A stretch of 63,238 nt of DNA, the filler included, from Choristocarpus tenellus KU-1152 (Eukaryota > Protista > Phaeophyceae), in the NCBI GenBank assembly GCA_964200185.2. It is 13 parts of 13 records of this genome, joined end to end, with 100 filler letters (N's around TTAATTAATTAA, not from the genome) between each part and the next. Parts side by side here need not be neighbours in the genome. Positions count along the whole stretch, not along the records: positions 50,037 to 55,107 come from CAXNAD020011976.1; positions 55,208 to 59,791 come from CAXNAD020013909.1; positions 59,892 to 63,238 come from CAXNAD020020649.1; 10 more parts are not named here. One strand, 5' to 3'. The position numbers were made by a program, and so were the translations under genes. The notes under the pieces are model-generated. The model did no database searches, was not told the origin of the DNA, and was given only the letters and a program-made list of their open reading frames with translations. Position 1 is the first letter of the stretch. Each line of letters begins with the position of its first letter. This document shows positions 52,611 to 63,238 of this stretch, one piece after another.

Positions 52611-53111
52611 TATCGACAGAAAGACAGAACGCTGTCACCTTGATGTGCCGAGTTGGAGTTGTTGGAGTCCCCTGTGTTGTGGTGGGTTCCACCAACCTGA
52701 AATCGAAATGCATCAGGATTCACCGATATCCGATAGTACGGTTACGTTTTATTGACCTCCGCTTGATATGTTTCCACAACAAATCTACAATTAGAGACTA
52801 CCTCCTAGTGTCGATAGTGGTCCTTAAGTATTACAAGCAACTGCCAACAAGTAGAAACTCCTAGGCCCTCTATGAGGTCTTCACCCTGTGGACCAGCAGC
52901 AGATACCATTACCGACGAGGATCGAGCCCTACTATAGGACCTCAGAGTAGGGAAACGGTTTATTGAGAATTGGTTGATGCGTGAGTGATTGCAGCTACAT
53001 TCGCCACGAACAGAGGGGAACAGCGTGGGCGTGAATTGAACTTAGAAAGCATCATAGACTTCAAATTCTAGTCAATCTGTGCGCGTATCGACGGTCAAGA
53101 GCGGTGGGAAT

Positions 53112-54991
53112 ATGGAGGTTTACGAGCCTATCAAGGTCCTTGGAGAAGGCTCCTTCGGTAAGGTGTACCTGATGAAGCATAAAGAGACAAGGGATCTAGT
53201 GTGTACAAAGGTGGGTGTCGATTCGTTGGTGCCATGCCTTATCCTTAGAACTGAAGCAGTGGCTGATTTTTTTGTGTTTGTCTGCAATTGCCTTTCTTCT
53301 TTTTTCACTATTCTTTCTGCCGAAGTTCCACGTTCCCAGACAAGGAGACTCAACAGACCGACGTTGCGTCTATCACAGTGACTGAGCCACGGTGATCATG
53401 AAAATGCGACTGCCTTAACGTGGCAGCTGGTCCTTACCAAGAAATCAGTTTTTCCATCCGATACTGACATGCTGGCATCCAAAGAAAATCTGCCTCCAGT
53501 TGTACCGATTCTAGTCAACCATGCAGGAGTTCATATTGTGTCTTACATGGGAGCTCAGGCCCCTCTTATTGTGGACTTGCCTCCATCCCTGATTTCTCGG
53601 CATAGGTGATCAAGCTAAAAAACATCCCCCAGAAGGAGCAGGAGGCATGCCGCAACGAGGTAGAGTTGCTCCGTCGCATGGTCCACCCTAATATTGTGGG
53701 TTATACCAACTCGTTCCTCTACAAGAACTGCCTCTGCATTATCATGGAATATTGCGATGCTGGCGACCTTGGAGACCGAGTAAACAAGGCTAAGGTGAGT
53801 AAAACGATCTCTGGGGTAAATTTGAATAAGAGAACGAGGATACGTAAACAGGAAATATTCCCTATAACTTCAATGAATCAGGTATTATACAATGCGTCGG
53901 AAATGAAAATGGCACAATAACAGTTTTAGAGGAGGGCAATAATCTGCATCTTGCTTTCAACACAACAAATGAATAAAATAAAATGTAAGGATGATTCACT
54001 CAGGTTAGGAGCATCAGTAACTAGGAGGGATGCCAAGTCTTGGCCTGGCATGATAACACTGCAGTTATTGTGCATAGGCGTGTAATATGATTGGCAGGTG
54101 TTGCTTCATAGATGCCTGTTGACAACTCACTCCATGCCCATACTCTAATAAACAAAACGAAACTACATTGAATATACTCCTTATGCATAACTATTCATTC
54201 TTCAGCATTATTTCACTATTTCCTTACCATTAAAAATCGCACTGCTGTTTGCTATCTTGTGCCTGACTTGGTGTCTGCACTTTAGGGGGTTCTCTTTCCC
54301 GAGAGCAAGGTCATGACGTGGTTTGTACAGGCTGCCCTTGGGTTGCACTACATGCATAGTCACAGTATCCTGCATCGCGATATCAAGACTCAAAATGTGT
54401 TCATCCTCAGCAGTGGCCGAGTGGTGCTTGGTGACCTTGGTATCTCTAAGGTGGACGGGTTTTGTCTGTTTCTTGAAGGCGATCTGGTGGTCGTTGTTGG
54501 GGTCGCTGAAGGGGAACAAGTGGGATTGAAAAACGGGCATGCCTATAAACATAAGCAGAGGATACTTGTTATAGATCCCTACTGTTTTTACAATCAACCT
54601 ATGCTTCCATCCATCACCATGTAGATTGTACCATTTTAGAAGCCCACTACATCATACAGGGACAGTATCTCTCCCAGCCCTGGTTTATTTCTGTGAGCTT
54701 GTTCGATTGATTCACACAACATAGAAATGAACAGACAAAAAAAGGGACTCCTCAAGATCCTAAAGATATAGACACCCTTCCGCACTGTATATATTCATGA
54801 GACCACATGCCCACCCTTCAAAAGGTCATGGAAGGCACACGTGACTTTGCAAGCACCTGCATTGGCACCCCATACTACATGTCCCCAGAGATTTTCAAGA
54901 ACCACCCATACAACCACAAGTCGGACGTCTGGGCCATGGGATGCATGCTGTATGAGCTCCTGACACTTAAGCATGCCTTCGACGCTGAAAG
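53112..54991 (+). CDS. NIMA-related (NEK1/4/5-like) Ser/Thr kinase, first four exons (3' end off contig)
   Basis: Exons 53112-53210 ([11 protein letters not shown]), 53606-53794 ([22 protein letters not shown]), 54286-54450 ([18 protein letters not shown]) and 54825-54991 ([17 protein letters not shown]). Confidence 0.95.
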
Positions 54992-55848
54992 GTGTGATTC
55001 AGGCATTTAGGGGGGGGGGGGGGGGGGTTACAAAAAAAGAATTTACCTTGTGAAACACATTTATGTGAATAGAGAGTTATTGAGACTCAAAAGTATTGGG
55101 TAGGTCANNNNNNNNNNNNNNNNNNNNNNNNNNNNNNNNNNNNNNNNNNNNTTAATTAATTAANNNNNNNNNNNNNNNNNNNNNNNNNNNNNNNNNNNNN
55201 NNNNNNNCCAGCAAGAGCCTGCCCCCCCCCCCCGCCCCCCACATGCATCAAGAAATGGGCGCATGCAAAAGAGACATGTAAGAGGAGTAAGTGTGTTAAA
55301 AAAAAAAATACATGCACAGATGAAAGTGTACCGCAACACGCTATGGAGGTACACTTCGACGAAACAAATAATACACTTGAAGCAACAAAAATCATACAGA
55401 GATGAAAGATAATAAGATAAACCTAACCCTGAAGTTGGGAAATAGAACACACGCAGGATAGTGCGAACAATGCTCTGCGTACAAAAATAAAAAATAAAAA
55501 AAGTTGAATACGCACTTAGGGTTAGGGTTAGGAGTAGATGATGTGTAACCCATCCATGTGTTTAGGGTTAGGGTTAGGGTTAGGGTCAGGGTTAAAACGT
55601 ACACATCGCACTTACATGTGGAGTCAAAATCAAAGCAGGCAAAGAGAGAGCAGTGACTCAAAGAGGTTTGTTGGGAAAGGGGCAGTGTCTGTAATACACC
55701 TAAGCATGTGAGATACAACAAAGCACTCCTACCACACAGCACCGCTAACCCTAACCCTAAATATTAGAGCGGGCACAAACACACCTAAAAACAATCATAA
55801 AAACAATCAGAGTGTTACTACTCGCCGAAAGGTAACTTCCGCTTACTA

Positions 55849-55903
55849 AACCCTAACCCTAACCCTAACCCTAACCCTAACCCTAACCCTAACCCTAACC
55901 CTA
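55849..55903. repeat. Interstitial telomere-type (CCCTAA)n tract
   Basis: About 9 perfect units. Shorter tracts at about 55516-55530, 55562-55594, 55746-55760 and 27231-27253. Confidence 0.95.
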
Positions 55904-56457
55904 AGCATCTGAGAAAAGTCATCATCACTACCTTCTACGCAACACATCATCACTATGCCCCACAAAAGTAGGAGTTGACTCAAAACATAGGCTGAACTAT
56001 TGAACGCCAACCTCCCCTCACATTTACTCAAAAAAAGAGAAGAGAGGTATGGGGGGGGGGCATAACAAATCAACCCAACAACAACAAAAACATCAACAAA
56101 AATGGCACTAGACAGTAATCTTTGCAAGAATTTGCAACAGCACATCAAAGCTTTCTAAAAATGATGCAAGACATCGTAAGACGGGGGGCGAGATAATACA
56201 TCCACCATTGTACCTCATTTTGTACCTCATTGAGAACACCAGAAAGGGTTGCTAAATCTGGGCCAGGTGGGGTGACTAAGACAGTCAAGGAACATCAAAA
56301 ATGCTACAGTAGTAGTTGGAACTCCCTCCCACCCAATCCACTTCATACTGAAGAAAACGAGAGAATCCCCCTCTTCTCACTCCCCCCCAAGCAGACAAAA
56401 TCTATCCCTAACCTTAACCCCTAATGCCATCAAGAGCCCAGTGCCTTGTAGAACTAC

Positions 56458-59024
56458 CTGGCTGTGTCTGTGTAACCTCTTTCACATGCGACATGCAAAG
56501 CAGTAAGGTTCTTGTTCGTCCTCAAGGCAATGTTACTCCCTACATCCACCAAAAATCTGTACACATTGGGACCCATAGAGCATTGGTCAGAAGGTTTGGG
56601 GGAGGGATGCGTCAGGAGGGGGATGTGGTGGTGGTGGGTGAAACATACTCCCAAGCAAGAGAGGGATTGACTACTTGAAAGTTGGATGGAAAATGGATGT
56701 ATCCTATTGGATCAATGTGACACTTAGGCTATTTGATTGGTGGGAAACATAACTGCCCTAGAAAGCTGACACAGGGGTGCTTTCATTGCCTGAAAAAACA
56801 CTACTACGTGAGTGATCAAATTAACACAAGCTTCTCCCTCTATGTGTCCATGTATGTATGTGTGTGTGTGTGTGTGTGTGTCAATTGATTAAGTGCAACC
56901 TTTTGCCTCACACCCCTTGTCATCAATCAGTCAGGCCAGTCTCAAACCAAGCGCTCTATAAGATACCACAACAGAATTTTAAAAAAAACAATAAAAAAAA
57001 ACGAAACACGAGGAGTAGACACATAAAAATTTAAATTAAAATTAAACACTCTCACCCTCAGTCCAACATGGTATCTGAAAAGAAAAGAAAAAAAATCACC
57101 TGATGACCCTGCAAGCAAGAAGAGATAATCTCATCACACAAATACACACAACATGCAAACACATGCAAACACATGCAAACACATGCAAACAAATGCAATC
57201 ACATGCAATCAAATGCACCAACCTAGCCGTGTCTGTTCTTCCAGCATGACAGGCAACGTGCAGCGGTGTCCACCGCTGGGCGTCCCGAGCATCAATAGCA
57301 GCACCATTCTCCAGAAGCATCCTTTGTTGATGAATATCATTGTACACAATGCGCAAAATGAAGGTGGCATTGGTGAATGTGTATTGTGTTTACACGCATA
57401 AAAAGAGAGAGAGAAATAGGAGGTATTATTGATAAATAGGGGAGGTATTATTAATAAATAGGAGGTATTATTAATAAATAGGGGAGGTATTATTAATAAA
57501 TAGGAGGTATTATTAATAAATAGAAGGTATTATTAATAAATAGGGGAGGTATTATTAATAAATAGGAGGTATTATTAATGAATAGGGGAGGTATTATTAA
57601 TAAATAGGAGGTATTATTAATAAATAGGGGAGGTATTATTAGAGGTCTCTGGCAGAGTGATACACCCGGGCAAGAAGGACCTCCCAGCGCACAAGAAGGT
57701 GATGCCCGAAATGTTGGGTTGGCAGGATGTCCTACTCTTTGCAATGGAAGAAAAGGTACCACAATCGGCATTTACAGGTCTACGTGAAGATACAGGGATG
57801 GGTGGATGGATGGACTAGTGGCAGGGAGATGGTACAGCAACCAGCAAGTGGAAATCTGAGAATTACTATTTTACAACAATACAAGTTGTAGTAGTTTTAC
57901 TTCCCCGTGTCATGCGGGGGCGGATAAAGCAGCGCCGTACCCCTTATCCATTGTTCCATGGTCACGTTCAGCGCAAAGATTTTATCACCAAGGCTTCCCA
58001 ATATGTAGCGTTCCTTCTCTTGAGGCTTCAAATCGCCATCATCACATACATCTTACGGTGTAATCGTGTCCTCAAACCCTCATATTGGCATCAGAAGAGT
58101 AGAATTTACATGTTATTGTGGGCTTCTCCGATATACGTCGAGCAGGATTCTAAAGATATCTCTCGGGCCCCTACAACATGTCTGTTGCGAATGATGATCG
58201 AGTAGTTTCCCCCCTAAGCTTTATACTTAAGATGGACACACGAAGTGCATTTAAAACACCTACGTCAACTTAAATTGTGGCAATCACAACCTTCACTAGA
58301 CGGGGGCATCACGAAATATTTCTACAATTGGGCGACATGACGCAGAGAAAAACAAAAAAACTTGAGGGGGTCACCCCAATGGGCAAGGACGACCCACCTC
58401 GCTGTGTCTGTAGCCCCTGAGTGCGATGCCCAGTGCAGACAAGTCCAGTACTCATTATCCACCGCATTTATGTCCGCGCCCTGCTGTAATAGCAGAGCCA
58501 CGGTTCCAAGTCGGCCGTACGAGCATGCCCACTTCAGTCCAACGCAGAAGTGGTAGCCGAGGAAGACGAGAGATACGGAATAAGTGTTTAATTTGCTGAA
58601 TGATTACTTCGTAGATGAATCTGTGGGTAGCTGGGTAGGTGAGGAGGTAGGGAGGTGGTACCGTACCATGGGAGAAGATTCAAGGGAAAATATATCCTTT
58701 ATGGGAACTTCTAGAGAGGACAATCATTTCCATCACCCCAGCCTGTTCGCACGCCTGCCTAAAACCTGTAACTTTCAGAGAAGCAGGGTCGCGCTATCAA
58801 ATGTACAATAATCCACCAAGACAGAGGAGAAACAAGGAACGGAGTGACGGGAGGTTTCATGTTACAAGTACCTGGAGTAAGGTACCCTGGGTATGCTGAT
58901 CCCTGAGATTGACACAACCACCCTCGACTAAATAGACTCGTACAACCTCCACAATCCCGTCTCGTGCTGCGTCAATGATGTACTCCTCGTAAGACGTGGT
59001 GGCATGCCTATCGCTGGAAGCCAT
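56458..59024 (-). CDS. Ankyrin-repeat protein, first four exons (3' end not found)
   Basis: Exons 59024-58872 (AARDGIVEVVRVYLVEGGCVN), 58531-58398 (WACSYGRLGTVALLLQQGADINAVD...LHWASHSG), 57321-57223 (LLENGAAIDARDAQRWTPLHVACHAG) and 56556-56458 (LVDVGSNI...TALHVACERG). Splices are in phase. Confidence 0.92.
57414..57640. repeat. Alternating 20/22-bp minisatellite in an ankyrin-gene intron
   Basis: (AGGTATTATTAATAAATAGG[GG])n, about 11 units. Confidence 0.95.
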
Positions 59025-61768
59025 CCTCCTCTTTCTCCATCCGAAGGTCTTCCTTGTGAGCGTTTTCAATTATTTGGTGTCAATCGCGGTTTTGAGGACG
59101 CGAACACACTGTACCGCGCGAGATTTTTTTTATGACTTAGAATTAATAGTAGTTTTAGTTTGGTTCTATTTGACCTTAACTGTTGATCAGGGTCAGAGCC
59201 ACCGTACTTTTGATTTCACTGATAGAATTGATTTGCATGACACATCATATAGTTCGAAGAATGATACTGGAAAGAGGAAGAAAAATAACCGACAGATTTC
59301 CAAGTTGGAGGAACCAATAGATAAACTTGTGGTCATAGAGGCCATACATATAATGTAGAAGAGAGGAGAAGAAAATATGTAGCATGATCACCTTGTCTCT
59401 ATCTACAAAAAAATGGAAAGTTCATCGTTCAAATTCACACGGATAGAACAAAGTAAAAAAGCAAACCCTATTTTCAAGGATCACCTCTCCAATATTGTGA
59501 ACCACAATTCGTTGAAGAAGGGGTACATATCCATACACACTTCATGATGCCTAATTCAAATCCTTTCAGGTCATCTCCTATACGCACGTTTTGTTTCGTA
59601 TTTTGGGCAAAGTATTGTACCGTTTTTTTCGACATGCAAAAATAATAGGCTTTTGTACCGGAATTCTCGTATTCGGCCGATTTGGCACAAAATCCCAGAG
59701 ATATTCACGCAAGTTTAGCGCGCGCGGAAACATTTCTCGCAAAAAGTGCCCTTCTTCCTGAGTCATGCTACCATACAGCAGTACAGTACGANNNNNNNNN
59801 NNNNNNNNNNNNNNNNNNNNNNNNNNNNNNNNNNNTTAATTAATTAANNNNNNNNNNNNNNNNNNNNNNNNNNNNNNNNNNNNNNNNNNNNCCTCATAGT
59901 CCCGCTCCATCCTCAATTTTGCGAATCCACTGTTAAATATCGGATATTTGAGCCGTCAAAATCATTTTGAAAAATAAATCGCTTCAAGGCATATCAGCCC
60001 CAAAATGGCGACAAATGCAATAATTTTTTTTAATAAAAGGCATGTCAGGCAGTAGGCATGTGTTTTTGGCTTGGCACAAGCATGCTTTAAAAGGATCCCC
60101 CACTGTACTGACATGGGCGGGCAGATACTACAAAAATGTACTATCAATAGTACACAATGGTCGTAGCAATACTTTATTAGTGTATCTTTGGAAGCGTTCA
60201 CAAATGGTCAAAGCCCAATCAAGCTTAGAGGCCATCATGGCTGTGCTACTACTGCTATTGTTGCATCAACTCTTTAGTATTCACCTTGCTGTAGTATGCA
60301 TATTGCTGTGCTGCATTGCATTGAATGTGTGACTGATGACACAACAAAGAGCTTCATGGCAGAGTGTCTTCCAAGGAAGCTGTGGTAGCTTACGCACATC
60401 ATGCCAAAGCAGCACCTAGGATCTCTCAAGTCACCACGACCACCACGACCACGACTTTCTGCCGAGTATGTTTTTTCGCATTGGACTCTTTTTGGGGGTT
60501 GACTTACTGGCATCTGTTATTCGTTTATTTTTTCTTTGCTTCCATTTTCTTTTCTTTCTATATAAGTACGTACCACTGTGTATTGACTTCTTAGAACTAC
60601 CTTTTCGACGACAGGTCTGGCATCCCTCGGACAAACATGATTATAATAATAATAATAACTTCTCTCTTTTTCATGCGATCTAAGATTTTGTGGAACATGA
60701 CCAACAGGTTTATATCGTAAGATTAAATGTTTAGTGGACCAAAAGCGAAAAACCTTGAGTTAAAAGGCCTACGTATCTCTCAAGCCCTCCAACACACACA
60801 CATACACATACGTATATACGAGGAACAAATCCCTTCTATTTACTTGAAGGATAAAGGTGGTACCTACACCATGTATTCCTGCCTATATATTTTCTTGCTG
60901 TTATAGTTGTTTCTGCATGGATGTCCGGGGATATCATAGAGGCAATGTTCCAGATAGATAAGCGCCACCTTTTGTGAGGGCATATGGTGTCAACAGTAGT
61001 GTATGTGTTCTGTTACGCTGTTTTAGCGTTAGGTGATAATGATAACGATTATAGGGCCGTGGTGTAACATAGCTGGTAGTAAAACAGTAAATAGAAAAAT
61101 GGGTTCTACATTTACAATAACTGTCTCTTTGTTAGGGGTTATTCTGACATTAGAATAGTTTTCATTGGTCTTTTCCGTGACACACCTACAATATGTCAGG
61201 TGTGAGAGTCATCTTCCACAGAAGGTATACCCTGAAGGTGGCCTATCTTGAAGATTCTGATATTCGTATGACATTTGTTCTTGCATGTTGAAGGTAACAT
61301 CTGCTTGAAGTAAGATTGGGTGGTTTGGAGTGACCTTGCCAAAAAAAACCTCATTCAGTTACAATTGGAACACTCCTTTCCCGAGTGATCTTCTGAGGGA
61401 TTGCTCTCCCTCTTGACTCGTCTCACTCCTTGACCTCGTCTCCTGTGGGTCTTCCCGCTCCCCTTCATCACCAAGAACCTATCAGCTTGTTTCCACCTGT
61501 TTCACACAAAGAGCATAATAATAAACTACTACTAATAATAGTAACAACGATGCAAAGTATCAAAGGCATAACAATATTAATAAGAAGAATAAGAAGAAAC
61601 CTTCTGTGACTATACTCATCCATGTACTTGCTGAAGTCCTTGCATATTCCAGATACTAAACAGCCAAAAACATGCTCATCCTCACCTCACCATAGCAATT
61701 ATAGACGAAAAAACACGGTCCGCCATTGTCATCTCACTGCGAATCTAGTAGTAACTGCAAAAAGCGAT

Positions 61769-61800
<32 letters not shown>

Positions 61801-62945
61801 ATACGTATGTATCGGCCGATTTGACACGATGTCGTAGTATAGTGTCTTCCAAAAAAAAGGAGGGCTTAAAATTTTTGTTCTTCTTCACACCAATATACCA
61901 CTGCACCACACACTGCACACAAAACAACAGAATGGGGATACCCAGTACCTCCATGCGTCCCCTTATGCTGCGCAAAGGAATGCCATTGCCCAGCAGTCTC
62001 ACCCAGGGGGCAAGACCATTACCACCAGCAGTGGTGTGACTTCAACACCAACTAACCTAATTAATAGCAGGTTGATGTGGAGGCACCACCACACCTGCCA
62101 TTGCCACACGCCAGTTTTGGCCTTGGCAAAGCACGTCTACGATAGTAACAATTCCCACAAGAATTTCGAACATAATTCTGTGAAAAATATAACCCTAACA
62201 CTTGTGAGAGCACGACCTGAATGAAGCACCATATCGGCCAAAAAACCAACTCCTCCAGGTGGCAGTGTGGGGTACTGGGGTCTGTCAAAGACATTCGTCC
62301 GCGGTGGTAGAGAATAATTACCTGCCTATAGAAGGAATTCCAAAAAATACATCTCAAAACTAGTGCGTATGGGAAAGTGTGAGGAGGGGGGCAAAGACTT
62401 GAGACACTCTCGGGAAAGTAAAGTAAAGTTTTCCCTGCCCTTCGGAAGCGTCAATCGGCGATACGCATCATGGGGCACAGGGACTGCCAAAAAAAAAGAA
62501 AAAAAAAGCAGTGTGAGTAAAGCCTTTCCCCCCTGGGGCCATCCATCCCTGACAACAGGAAAGGAAGAAGTGAGGGGCACACACACGATTACCCCGCCAT
62601 TGTTGCCAACTGCCATCCAACCCACGCATTGTAGTAACCGGCTCCCCCCGTAAGTGCACTCCTACTGACGTGCAGAAGTGGTAGTAAGGGGGGGGGCAAG
62701 CAACCAATGGGAAACACAAGAACCAATCAAAACAAAAAGGATACACCAACAACAGATGATCATCCAAATGCCAACCTAGGCCAGCCAAAGCCATTGTTTG
62801 CTCTCATCCTGTGAGGGTACAAAAGAAGGATAAGACCGAGGAAGGCTGGGGGGCAACTTCTCAGGACACGGGGTCGTCTTCACAGGCCTATCGCTTCTTC
62901 TTCCGCCACTGCTTGTTAGCCCTCTCACCCCCGGCCTTCCCGCTC

Positions 62946-63070
62946 TCACAAGTGCTCCTTCAAAACGCTCCCAGCAATGACGAGGTGTTGGATCTCGCTG
63001 GTGCCCTCATAGATCTCAGTGATGCGGGCGTCTCTGTAGTGCCTCTCCGCTGGCATCTCTGAAACATACC
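62946..63070 (-). CDS. Short-chain-type acyl-CoA dehydrogenase, terminal exon
   Basis: [41 protein letters not shown], the ACAD C-terminal signature with the catalytic E in IYEGT. AG acceptor at 63071-63072. Confidence 0.92.
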
Positions 63071-63238
63071 CTGCACACAGACAGACACACAGACAGACAC
63101 AAAGACAGACACAAAGACAGACAAGCAGGGGGGGGGGGGGGGGGGGGGGGGCATTTTGATTGCAATTAGAGGGGGATCGGGAGGGGGGGGGGGGGGGAAA
63201 GGGGGGAGGTCTGGGGGGGCGCCGGACCATTAAAAAAA

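Noticed and set aside
55846-56148. ORFs with RVRVRV, LTLTLT, HTSFV or ISLE repeats
   Set aside because: These are translations of micro- and minisatellites, not proteins.

Overview
This is not one continuous locus. It is 13 separate contigs (about 2.8-14.6 kb) joined by 12 artificial 100-bp linkers (N44-TTAATTAATTAA-N44). The DNA is eukaryotic and intron-rich, with GT-AG introns and interspersed (CCCTAA)n. It is most plausibly a brown alga or related ochrophyte (inference from gene structure and transposon style). Genes I could splice by hand: a complete 7-exon 8-amino-7-oxononanoate synthase (BioF) ending in a peroxisomal SKL signal, and partial DHRS1-like SDR, ABCG transporter, Nop16, NEK kinase, ankyrin-repeat protein and acyl-CoA dehydrogenase genes. 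The rest is mostly transposon debris: CRE-like RLE non-LTR retrotransposon pieces, a Ty3/gypsy pol remnant, an internally deleted IS630-Tc1-mariner element and a candidate solo LTR. The most distinctive signal is two related high-copy MITE families (about 260 bp and 170 bp). They share a G-started AAAGTATCT terminal inverted repeat and an inverted subterminal TGTCC(A/G)TTTGG box. Family A has 3-bp target duplications, one of which is supported by empty sites inside this window. This pattern is PIF/Harbinger (PHIS)-like. I found no CRISPR array, rRNA, tRNA or prokaryotic system, and nothing that clearly amounts to a new enzymatic system.
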